Shown here in pieces: positions 42,190-54,200 of a stretch of DNA of 64,000 nucleotides; position 1 is the stretch's first letter, and the number at the start of each line of letters is the position of its first letter. Both the position numbers and the translations under genes were made by a program. Source of the stretch: Octopus sinensis (Eukaryota); contig NC_043005.1 of assembly GCF_006345805.1 (NCBI RefSeq), positions 59,520,001 to 59,584,000 of the forward strand, in the 5' to 3' direction. Under the pieces are notes generated by a model. That model did not search any database. It saw only the letters and a program-made list of their open reading frames with translations, and was not told the DNA's origin.

Positions 42190-42642
42190 TATATAAGTGT
42201 CGTCTGTTTATACATAAACACTGTTTCATACTTTCAGTTTAGTCTTCCTCAAATCACTCTGTCGCTATTTACTCTCTTCCAAGAACATTTTCACTCACTC
42301 TTATCTGTTAGCTTGCCATACATTTTACTCATGTATCTATCAGCGTGATAGACAGAAACAAATATTACATCTAGTTTCACTTTATTCGTTGCACACTGTG
42401 TGTGTGCGTTTGCGTGTGCTGTAAACCAGACTAAGAAAAGCATTTGACATACACACCAGAATGTGAGTTTTCTGTAAATTTTGCTTAATTGGAGTTTAAA
42501 TTTTAAAAACTGGACCTGGCAAAACCCGATGCATTCTACTCTTAAAAATGCTAGGTAAATTGTAATTGAAGAAATCCTATATTGTAGATTTCTATAACTG
42601 ACAAAGGGAGGCAGATAAAATCTGCCTTTTATAATAAGAGAT
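42190..42642 (-). mobile_element. Probable Helitron 5' fragment
   Basis: Minus-strand start A|TCTCTTATTATAAAAGGCAG, shared with the 27562/29005 end. Confidence 0.4.
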
Positions 42643-43649
42643 AAACATGATTTGGAACAGATCTAACTGATCTTTCTAGCAATCCCAGAAACGTTTGTGA
42701 GATGTCATTTAGTTCATTTCTTTCTATGTGTAAATATAACAATAGGTCTATTTTCATTTCGGTTTTTTTCTTTCGTTGATCTGACCGGAAATGAATCAAA
42801 ATGAAAACATTGAATAGTATTGATAAAGTTAAATTGAATCATAATGTTCAAGATATATTTTAAAAAGTACATAATGAACGGTGGTGCCCCAGTATGACCA
42901 CAGCTTTAAAGCTGAATCAATTTAAAGATTTATAGAACACTTTTGGCCGCAGCCAAAATATGACTTCAATTGGAATGTCACAAAACAAAGGAAACTCAGC
43001 ACTTAACATAAACAAACCTATTTACAATCACATAAATTCAGGTTCGATCGTGCACATCAATGCATTAAGCATGTGCTTTCTACTAAAGCTTACACTCGAT
43101 TATAAGTGAAAATTGCTAGAGAGTACCAGAACAAATATCGTCATAGATAGATAGTTTGAATGATTGATTGATTTCGCTTAGGCATATTACAAAAGGTAAA
43201 TGGTAAAGGCATATTACATATGCATGCATAATATATGTGTTTCTGTGTTAGCTTCCATGTTTATGAGTGAATGATGATATCTACGTTTACACTCTATAAC
43301 AATTGTTATTGTCGGCTAACTGGTGAAAAGGTTTTGAACATTAAAATCATTATAAATGAGCATTGAAATTTATATAAAATAAATATCAAATCCTCGTCGT
43401 TGAGAGATAAAATGTGTAGGGATTAAAGGTTTAACATGATGAAATGACTGCAAATATATATATATATGTAAAATTATAGAAAACCCTGGGCCGATCTTAG
43501 GCATGTGAGTGGATTTGGTAGGCAGAAAGTGAAAGAAGCCTGTTAAATACGAAGTGCGTAAGCTATCTGAGGACAGATTTATGTTTATAAAAATGACAAA
43601 TATATAATAACAGATAATAAGATTATTTATCAAAAAATGCTATGGGGAT

Positions 43650-44807
43650 AAAAATAAACGTTCTTTTCTATAGTGTTATTCAATTAAGCCACCTTCACCT
43701 TCAACAACTGCTTCCATATTATATCTAAATCATCTACATGCTCGAATCAAGTGGTCCTGGTTCATTTTGGACATTACTCTGACTATGGCAACATTCAAAG
43801 AATCTTTTGTTGTTATGGGCGTGTTCATTGGCCTCTCTCTCGACAACACTCCATATGTAATAGTCCAATTGACTGAGATATGGGGAATTAAGAGGCCAAA
43901 TGCTAGAGGTATGTGATCATGAACATTTTCAGCCATCCTCTCCTTTTTACTAGAGACATGAGTGATAAAGCAGAGTTTTGTTGAAGCACATGTCCCTCCT
44001 TTGCATATACTGTCTATTCAGAGCTTAACAATTATTTCTAGGAAGACAATGTAGGCGGCATAGTTAACTATAAGGCTTTTGGAAAGAAATAAGGAGGTAC
44101 CAGATGTCTTTTATTGCTGACAACCCCTAAATTCATGACAGTTGCAGGAAATTTTGTATGCATAACACTTGAAACTTCCGAAGGGTCTGTACATAACCAT
44201 CTGTCATTTCTTCTATTAACTTTTCGATCTTGGTTGAAGTTTTTCTTGTTTGAGAAAAAAAAATACATCAAATCTTATGCTCGATTTTTGAGTTTGTTTA
44301 AGAGCCTTTTAGATCTGATGTGATTTTCTTTTGCTTTTTCTAACAAATTGACCTTTCCTCAGCATATAAGACTTATATCTGATCTTGTGGACAGCATTTC
44401 TGAATGTTCCTTCTGACATATGGAGATCTTTTGCAATTGACCCCATGTACTTTCTTGGATTGGAATAAATGGTCTGTTGAACTTGCTGGATAAATTCCGG
44501 TGTTTTGATGGGTTCAGAGCGTTTAGAATGCTTTTTATGCTTTGATGCTGACGATACCTTTCCGTCTTCAGTCTTGATCTCCTTACAAACTTTGTAGACG
44601 AAAGAGCTGGCAACTTTTAAAAATTGAGATATTTCTAAATCGTTATGCGCCACCTTTATAACCACAATAACAGCATGCCTCTCTCTTTATTTCTTGAGTA
44701 AGCTGAGGGTCTGCCATTATTATTTTCTGAAACAAAGATTATACAGAATTAGCAAAACATGCAGCAGTGAACCAAAAAATACTATGTTCTCAAATAACTG
44801 ACGTACC

Positions 44808-44810
<3 letters not shown>
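43650..44810 (-). mobile_element. Decayed Tc1/mariner (maT-like) transposon
   Basis: HTH region (NPRKYMGSIAKDLHMSEGTFRNAV), KVNRRNDRWL...HTKFPATVMNLGVVS, KDSLNVAIVRVMSKM...IRACR; terminus TA|CAGGGTACGTCAG. Confidence 0.8.
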
Positions 44811-44880
<70 letters not shown>

Positions 44881-44881
<1 letters not shown>

Positions 44882-45424
44882 GAGAAAGAAGCAACAAGAA
44901 TGGATTAGTTTTTAGTACAATTGTTTCATACAAAAACAGGCTTTATTAAAAGTTGCAAAAATTGCAGCAGATAAAAGTGTCCCGTACTCATCAATGTGGC
45001 AAATACCTTATCATATAGCATGAAATGATACCCACCTCATTGCGGATTAACCATGGATATATTCATCGTCTGTGAGTATGAAATTCCTCCTCATATCTCT
45101 GGGAATTTACATCTACACTACGGATTAATTCACCTTCTCTGTGAAGCTAATAAGCTTTTTTTAAAAACCTGTGATAAGACTGTGCATCATCATTAAGGAA
45201 CTTCGGAAATCTGTTTACAACCTAAATCTGTTTTTAATGAAATTATCTCCAATACTTCATGAGTATAGCCTCACCCACTAAGATGTTTGGAGAACTCATA
45301 TGTATTTTAGCTGATGAGTACGGGACTCTTTTATCTGCTGCAATTTTTGCAACTTTTAATAAAGCCTGTCTTTGTATGAAACAATCGTACTAAAAACTAA
45401 TCCATTCTTGTTGCTTCTTTCTCG
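44881..45424. mobile_element. Fold-back element with ~115-bp inverted arms built around a hammerhead
   Basis: 44881-44994 is the near-identical reverse complement of 45312-45424; left end lies in (TA)n. Confidence 0.85.
45305..45395 (+). ncRNA. Type-I hammerhead ribozyme candidate with ~60-nt stem II
   Basis: TTTTAG-CTGATGA-GTAC...GTAT-GAAA-C-AATC-G-TA-CTAAAA; 6-bp stem I, canonical core, GUA cleavage triplet. Confidence 0.7.
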
Positions 45425-45544
45425 TTTATAATCACCCCACATTACTGTATGGTTAACACCATATAGTTTTATGGTGCATCTAAGTTAAGTACCACATTCA
45501 AGTAAATTCATTGGAATTGACTTGAATCTTATTTGCTTTTATTG

Positions 45545-45576
<32 letters not shown>

Positions 45577-45662
45577 TATTAGAGACAAAACCACTATTTT
45601 GCAAAACAAACAAGGAAAGACTTAATCAATACATAAAATTTTAATAAATAGTCAAAAAACCG

Positions 45663-45705
45663 CCACTACAATTGTTTCTTGTCTTGATCGACAATCTTCA
45701 GGTGG
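45663..45705 (-). ncRNA. Minimal type-I hammerhead (identical copy of 46418-46460)
   Basis: Exact reverse complement of 46418-46460. Confidence 0.75.
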
Positions 45706-46417
45706 ACTTCCAATCTAAAATATCAATATTTTAAAATATAAAAATAATAATTTTTAAATAATTAAAGTATGAATGAAAAAATATAAATATATAATCCGTA
45801 TATAACCTATATATAATCCATATATAATCAATATATAAACAATATATAAACTAAAATAAACCTATCAACAATTAAATATAAAATATAAAATATAAAATAT
45901 AAAATATAAAATATAAAACAAAACAAAAAAATAATAATAATATAATAATAAACTATATATACACCCATACACATATAACTAATTATATATAACCGTATCT
46001 AACTACATACACTAAATCACACACCTATATATATATCCCTAAACATACACATAAAAACGTCTAGGCAACTATAAATAAATAAAATAGCTAAATACTTCAA
46101 CACAATACTTATTCATACTCCCACACACACACATATTTGATACACCTTAGAAAGACAAATATTATTTGTCGGCTACGCTATGGGGGTCCTAAACACACCA
46201 ACACCTGTTGTTAAATAGTGGCAGGAGAGAAATATATACACAAACACATACTCAAACACACACACAAACCACCACCCCTTTTATATATATATATATATGT
46301 ACATATGTGTATATAGGTTATATACGGATTATATATTTATATTTTTTCATTCATACTTTAATTATTTAAAAATTATTATTTTTATATTTTAAAATATTGA
46401 TATTTTAGATTGGAAGT

Positions 46418-46460
46418 CCACCTGAAGATTGTCGATCAAGACAAGAAACAATTGTAGTGG
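46418..46460 (+). ncRNA. Minimal type-I hammerhead ribozyme
   Basis: CCAC-CTGAAGA-TTGTC-GATCAA-GACAA-GAAA-C-AATT-G-TA-GTGG; all three stems pair; palindromic ACAATTGT stem III. Confidence 0.75.
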
Positions 46461-46648
46461 CGGTTTTTTGACTATTTATTAAAATTTTATGTATTGATTA
46501 AGTCTTTCCTTGTTTGTTTTGCAAAATAGTGGTTTTGTCTCTAATAATATTTTATAATATTTTACTATAAAATTGGATTTAATCCTAAATCTGATTTTTC
46601 CCTGTAAATTTGGATTTATTCCCTAATATTTATTATTTATATATATAT

Positions 46649-46692
<44 letters not shown>

Positions 46693-47286
46693 TAAAAGGG
46701 GTGGTGGTTTGTGTGTGTGTTTGAGTATGTGTTTGTGTATATATTTCTCTCCTGCCACTATTTAACAACAGGTGTTGGTGTGTTTAGGACCCCCATAGCG
46801 TAGCCGACAAATAATATTTGTCTTTCTAAGGTGTATCAAATTTACTCACAAGACATTACACGGTCCCCATCTATCACCGAAGACACTTGTCCAAAGCTTT
46901 TAAACTCACTCACACATACACACTTCTGTGCATGTGGACAACGCACAGTAGAAATTCATATTAACCCTATCTGTGTGACAAGTATAAAAATGTAAACACT
47001 TTACTCCTCTTCCTTTGTTGTTTTTACTAGAGAAAATTTGGACTCTATATAATGCACGCATGAATTAGGGTGCCATCAAGCTGACGGTTTAATTCACATA
47101 GTCTCATGATTAATGACTTTCCCGTAATTAAACAATATATATTTTTCGTTTTCCGTGTAAGTTAGTGAATCAGTAAAACTGAATTGATTTAAACGTTGCA
47201 AAACCTAACTCTTATAGAAATCTATGAATGTAAATATTTTCCACGCTTTGGTATGTGGAAAGTATATACACACACATATCCATACA

Positions 47287-47328
<42 letters not shown>

Positions 47329-47701
47329 GAACAGCTATGCTACATGGCAGTGAAACATGGGCCGTGACTGCTGAGGACATGCGTAAGCTCGTGAGGAATG
47401 AAGCCAGTATGCTCCGATGGATGTGTAATGTCAGTGTACTTACTCGACAGAGCGTTAGTACCTTGAGAGAAATGTTGTACCTAAGAAGCATCAGTTGTGG
47501 TGTGCAAGAGAGACGATTGCGCTGGTATGGTCATGTGGCGAGAATGGATGAAGATAGGTGTGTGAGAAAGTGCCAATCCCTAGCAGTTGAGGGAACTCTG
47601 ACTGGCCTGGTGCAGCCTTCGGGCTTGCCAGACCCCAGTTGAACCGTCCAACCCATGCTAGCATGGAAAGCGGACGTTAAACGATGATGATGATGATGAT
47701 G

Positions 47702-47702
<1 letters not shown>
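47329..47702 (+). mobile_element. RTE-clade LINE 3' fragment with (GAT)n tail
   Basis: AMLHGSETWAV...MLRWMCNV...ERRLRWYGHVARMDEDRCVRK; tail GGACGTTAAACGATGATGATG. Confidence 0.85.
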
Positions 47703-47751
<49 letters not shown>

Positions 47752-48825
47752 CTGTATTTATCCTTTACATGCATACTTATATTTTTCATATTTTCCCATG
47801 GTGTGTTATAGCTTTTGCCGGAATGCTTCAACATTTCCAAAGCGGATAAAGAATCAAGAGAAAAATATGCGATACAACAGTGAGTACGAACTATTACCAT
47901 AATTTCAGCATTTTTGTGGTAGGCACTGTACAATAAACAGAATGTAAAATATTTATTTCTCAAATAATACTAAGCACATCTTACGGCAGAATTTCAACTA
48001 CAGTTTCATGATGTTGAATACGCAAGATATATTTTCAGCTATGTTTATTTGTTTGCTTATCCCTGGAAGCTAATATATTGTATATTAACAATTACTTTTT
48101 GTCGCTTGTATTTAATCTGTAAAATTTTTTTCTTCTATTCGTTATTTTATTAGCTAAAGATCTGATTTTATTTCGCTCTGTATTCATATTCCTCCCACCA
48201 CTCCTGGGATTGGTGTGAACTGCATTGCATCTACCACAAATTTGTAGTTTCATGTTATAAACTCCATGTTATGTCTTCATTTCCAGACAATGCTTGATAG
48301 CCCAATGAATTTATTTGAAAATTATATTAAAACTATCGTTAATTGCTGCAATGATTAATGTATATATTTCAGTTTACTTTTTTTAGTCTTTGTTTTTCTC
48401 CGTGTTTCAAATACTACTCTGAAATAAAAATGATTATAAAAAACAGCCAAGAGAGACGAGAAAAGTAAGCAGAATAAGCAATGTTCCTGGAATCGGTTGA
48501 GAAGAAGCAACCCCGAATCTTTAGGTGGAGTTTGCGAATGCATGCGTCTGCGTTATTCATAACCGCTTGACTGCGTTTATTTGTTAGAAATTTAATCCGA
48601 TCAGCTTGGTGGCATTTGCTCATTCATATCTTGCTATGTTCCCCTGACTAAACGGCTCATGCATCTACATAGATTAATAAACGCTGAGAGCATGTGGACC
48701 TCATTTGTGAAGAGCGTTTTCTTGGAGTTCTTTCAGTATGGACTAGTTTTGGCTCATCGTAAGATCACAATTGCTCATCTGAGACCTAGTACTTAAAGTT
48801 TTCTACCAGTTCCGCAACATATGCT

Positions 48826-49229
48826 CTTTTACTCTTTTACTTGTTTCAGTCATTTCACTGTGGTCATGCTGGAGCACCGCCTTTAGTCTAGCAAATCGAC
48901 CCCAGGACTTATTCTTTGTAAGCCTTGTACTTATTCTATCGGTCTCTTTTTGCCGAACCGCTAAGTTAAGGGGACGTAAACACACCAGCATCGGTTGTCG
49001 AGCGATGTTGGGGTGGGGGACAAACACAGACACACAAACATATACACACACATACATATATATATATACATATATACGACGGGCTTCTTTCAGTTTCCGT
49101 CTACCAAATCCACTGACAAGGCTTTGGTCGGCCCGAGGCTATAGTAGAAGACACTTGCCCAAGGTGCCACGCAGTGGGACTGAACCCGGAACCATTTGGT
49201 TCGTAAGTAAGCTCCTTTCCGCACAGCCG
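48826..49229 (-). mobile_element. Full-length copy of the 13451-13888 SINE
   Basis: Reverse-complement match of both head and tail. Confidence 0.85.
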
Positions 49230-49862
49230 TCAACATTTCTGGAGAGAATTGTATAAGTTCATTGATTAGAAAGGTCGATGATAATTTTGGAGATGTTCTG
49301 GTCATCGACAAAGGTCTACTAAACAACCGTTTGAGGTTGACTGCTTGAACGTTGAACAGATTCTAGAATTCCCTGGTCGAGAAGCATTGCCGATGAGTAA
49401 GAATAAATTGCAGCATTTCGGAAGCACTTTCAGAAAGGCTTGTCAAAGATGCGTGCAGGGTGACAAAACCTTTTCCACACAATTGTTCGTTATCTGAGTA
49501 TTGTATGTTTTGTGAAGTTTTGTGGAGTAACAATCTTCGCATATAGAGTGCATCCAATGTTCACTCGTTTCAATCGATAGTTAACCAGAGTAATTCTAGA
49601 TCTACTGATACACATCGATTGTCTCTAAGCGGCCGAACCTCATTTCATTCCGTTTGTATAATTATAATCATTGATTTACCTTTGCATAAATACTCAGGTA
49701 TGAAATGAGCCACCAGCCGTCACTTTTTTTTTTGGCAATTAAAATATATTATTGCACAACATTCCTTCTTATCTCTCCCTTCTTTCCCGATAATTCCTCC
49801 CCTCCGCCACCTCCTCCTCTTCATCCTCCTCCTCCTCCTCACCATCACCACCACCAACACAC

Positions 49863-49912
<50 letters not shown>

Positions 49913-50532
49913 CCATCATCAACATTAGTGGCATCAGGTTTTCAACATTCCTCGCACAACATAATTTTGCACCCCTCAAACTCTCTGTGCCTGAGATGTA
50001 TGTAACCGTGTTTTCGTTTTTTCTTCATGTTTGGTGGGTGGGTGCAGGGTTGTGGCTCTATAGTCTTTCACATTTGCTTTGTTGTGGGATGTTGTTTTTG
50101 TTGTGAGAATTGCATTATGTTATTGGATGGTGTCTGTGCTTCGAATATGTTGACTGCTACTTCTTTTAAAGACCCTGAATCGACATCAGACTGGGCGGAA
50201 TTTAAGCACACAATTTAAACGAATTAATGGCAAAGTCAGACTCAGCGGAATTTAAACGTAAAACGTAAAACCGGAAAAATGACCAGAAGTATTTTGGTCC
50301 GGTGTGCTAACGGTTCTGCCAACTATTAGGTTCTGTACCCATATTAATAGCAATATGATTCCCTAAATATCCAAGAGGTCGTTGTTCAGCCTTAATTACG
50401 AGCATTTCTTTTGAATTCTTGTTTACATATATTGTTTGGGAATACTCAAAATAGAAGGCATACAGTGTCTTATAGTTTTGTTTTCTGTATAATATGTAGC
50501 ATCCTGTGTCTTTGTTTATGCATTGTCTTTGT

Positions 50533-50915
50533 GGAGGCGCAATGGCCCAGTGATTAGGGCAGCGGACTCGCGGTCGTAGGATCGCGGTTTCGATTCCCAG
50601 ACCGGGCGTTGTGAGTGTTTATTGAGCGAAAACACCTAAAGTTCCATGAGGCTCCGGCAGGGATGGTGGTGATCCCTGCTGTACTCTTTCACCACAACTT
50701 TTTCTCACTCTTACTTCCTGTTTCTGTTGTACCTGTATTTCAAAGGGCCGGCCTTGTCACTCTCTGTGTCACGCTGAATATCCCCGAGAACTACGTTAAG
50801 GGTACACGTGTCTGTGGAGTGCTCAGCCACTTACACGTTAATTTCACGAGCAGGCTGTTCCGTTGATTCGGATCAACCGGAACCCTCGTCGTCGTAACCG
50901 ACGGTGTGCTTCCAT
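50533..50915 (+). mobile_element. tRNA-derived SINE (family 3)
   Basis: GGAGGCGCAATGGCCCAGTGATTAGGGCAGCGGACTCG...GGTTTCGATTCCCAGACC (A and B boxes), then a non-tRNA body. Confidence 0.85.
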
Positions 50916-51447
50916 TCCCATGCATTGTCTTCACGCATGTTTAATTATTTCTAAAGTAGTTTTTAACATGCCTATTATTTCTGTTTTAAATGCTCAAAAT
51001 CTTTTTTCTATTTCTAAATCTATGTGTTTCGATAGTTTCTACTCTGTCACTGAGTTATATTCTTATGTTTTGGAATTAATACTTCAATCAGTATATATTT
51101 CTTTCCCAGATGATCTCATCATCTGTACAGTATTCTTTTCTTTTCCTCACACTAAGAATTAGGCAAATCGCAGGAAATTAATTACATCTTCGTTCTTTAA
51201 TATTTTCAAGTTTCTCTCTGTATCATTTTACGTCATCCATTATGTTTTAATTCGCATAATTTCATAATTAACGACTTGCCCGTAATTAAACAAAATATCT
51301 ATTTTTTTTCTTTTCCGTTTAAGTTAGTGAATCAGTAAAACTGAATTGATTTAAATGTTACAACACGTAACTGTTAGAGAATCTATGAATGTAAATATTT
51401 TCAACGCTTTGGTAAGTGGAAAGTATATACACACATATATCCATACA

Positions 51448-51532
<85 letters not shown>

Positions 51533-51699
51533 CGTGCATTTTCATCGGACTCTCTTTCTTGTGCAGGTAACATTAAGTGCCTGTGTATGTTGTATACTAT
51601 ATTTTGGTAAAAACTACACGGTCTGCAATGACTCGTTGCTTCTTCACAACACGTATATATTCTGCAAAGCTGATCTTTACGCTGCTTCTTTGTAATGTT

Positions 51700-54200
51700 T
51701 TTCTACGTTCCTGGAAATTTACATGTCGACGTTTTCATTCATTAGCACTTTGAAGGTTTTCTTTTCTTGTTTATAATTTCATCATTTCTCCATTCTTCTT
51801 ACAGTTTTAGTTACTTCAACGTTTCCTTGAAGAGGACATTTTTTGTTTCATATTAGTTCAATTTTCTCCTTTAATATTTACTTATGCACACTGAAAGGTG
51901 ATGTTTTAGAATCGTTTTCTACTGTTGAAGAAACAAATTTCCCAATGCTTGCTTTAAATCTAAATTCAATCATTATTTTCTCCTTTTATTCCTATGATTT
52001 TTTGTAACTTTCTTAATTTTTATTGGTGAATATTTTAAGCCGTAACTTATTACTGGATTACCATTAATGTTTCTCCAGGCATTTAACTCAGTTTTAAGCA
52101 TTAATCTAATGCATTCATAATATTCCTTCCAATTGTTTTCTTTCTATACATATTCTCGACTCTATTTCACTAATTCCTAACTATCTGTAAGCTTGCCTTC
52201 AGTCTATTTTTTCATTGTTGCTATGGATGAATTAATACTTCTGAGTATAAAAATAATTTTCCCTCTGCAATTGAAGGCGTGGAGAATTTTTCCTATCGAA
52301 ATGTATGGGAATTTTCTTGATTAAGTTGTATAGTGTATAGCAGTATGACCAAGTATTTATCATCTATAATTTATAAGTTAATGTTATATACTGTAGCCGT
52401 TTTACTGTCAGCCCTGAAACTCTCGATGTTATTTGTTATTATTCTCAGCTCATCCCAATTCAAACCAGCTTTTCATGAAAGGTATTAAAGGTTAAAACAA
52501 AAACGTTCGTATATAACTCAAATTCGTTTCCTCCATTCCCCACTATCCCCCTTTGCGTTTGCTTCTGTAAAATTATTTTCAGTCTCTTCATAAGATGTTT
52601 TATACAACTGTTTATTACTTGTACATAACCTGAGGTCATTTACGCTTTTCATTATTTCGGAGTCGTTAAAATAGGATACCAATGAAGTATTGGTGTCGCT
52701 GGCAGCGACTAAAACTTCCTCAAGTTTTCTGGCATTGTGATTTAATCAGAAACCATTGTTTATCAGTTTATCAGTTTTCTTCCAAAAGTTTTCTTTGTAA
52801 TTTGCGATAATATTATGGTAAATGCTTACGTAGGCTTCAGATATTAACATTTTGCTGTTTCCTTTGTCTTGAGTTTTAAAATTAATTTTCTATTTATCAA
52901 TCCGGTGTTCTTTTTCTGTTCTTTCGTTCGAATCTTTATTGTCATCATCTGATCTTTGTTATAATGTTGTTTAACATTAACATACATTTCAGTATCTAGA
53001 CTATATTCAAATATGTTCCAGTCCTAATTTTCCCAATATTTGTCCACTTTATCGAATATGCTCATATTATTCTAAGACACTAATGTTTAATGCAAGTTTC
53101 ATTAAATTTCCCTTTATGGCAGGTCGACTACCCATCTTGAGACTCTGTACTATTTCCCTACTTTCGTTATTCCAAATAGGTATGTAGAACTTTGTTGTTC
53201 TTTAGGGATGCTCAGCACTGCATATTTTAGAGTAGTTTCTGCATCACTTTTTACACTGTCCTTAATCCCCAAGATTATTCTATCCTAAGCCATTTACTTT
53301 TAGCATCTTTGAAAGTGGTGTTCCAAATCTTGTTTTGAGATATCTAAAAATCCCTTCTACCGCCTCTGCTGCTGGTGTCTTATATTTTTATGCTATGTTT
53401 TTATCTAGTTATGAGTAAAATCTCTTCAAGTTTATGAGGAAATAATTTTCTTCAATCATCTATTGATTTTCCTAATACGAGACTCTTTCTGATTCTACAA
53501 ATATGTATATATATTTCAATTGTTAGTGTTTCTATGTTTGAATTCTATTTTTTGTCTGTAATATTTGTGTAAATTTCTTTTAATAATTGTGCGTATTTTC
53601 CGTGTCTATCTCATTCCGAATTCAGAAAATTAAGATTTTTGATAATTTTTCATAATGATTTTCACGTAGATTGATAGGTTGTACATGTTCAGATGTAAAG
53701 TATACTGAGGACATACACACTATCTAAACAGGGTGTTTAGCGTAGATTAATAAGGTTTAGTAAGGTTATAGCGGTAATGAAAACTAGAATGCAGGGAGAG
53801 TATATTATAAGCTCAGAAGTGGTGCTTAGAAAAGCCATAGCTACCGACTCGCAGCGACATTTTACCACGAACAATTCTTCACCGGGATACATGAATGAAT
53901 GTTGATAGAGCTAAAGCACGTGTTCTAAGACACGAAGGGATAAAAGCTGTTCAAATCGGCCCGACAGACGGAGGTACAACGTGGAAATAAAGCCCCAATT
54001 TTAGCCTTTGGTGGACTATAATAGAAGCATGTTACTCAGCACCAAGCAGACATGAGCGGCTTCTGAGCAGCACTTTGCTCGCGACGAGCGACAAGCCGAA
54101 ATTAAGGATGGATTTCATTGCTTACTGCTAGGGCCTATATAAACTGCCTTACTGGCTCAGAAATTCTTGGCAACACACATTTTCCTGACAAACCAATATT
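51700..54200 (-). mobile_element. Highly decayed L1-like element (5' region and endonuclease)
   Basis: Minus peptide NLMKLALNISVL resembles an ORF2 start; A-rich minus strand; many stops. Confidence 0.25.

Larger units (their letters stand above)
45567..46556. mobile_element. Penelope-like insertion with apparently identical ~246-bp inverted terminal repeats, each holding a minimal hammerhead
   Basis: 45567-45812 is the reverse complement of 46310-46556; left end lies in (TA)n. Confidence 0.8.

Noticed and set aside
49230-49620. Coding-like segment after the SINE
   Set aside because: Stops in every frame and no assignable transposase or RT motif
50533-50605. tRNA gene
   Set aside because: The A/B-box head continues into a ~300-bp SINE body with no acceptor-stem closure or T-run terminator; the same applies to 62979 and 13451
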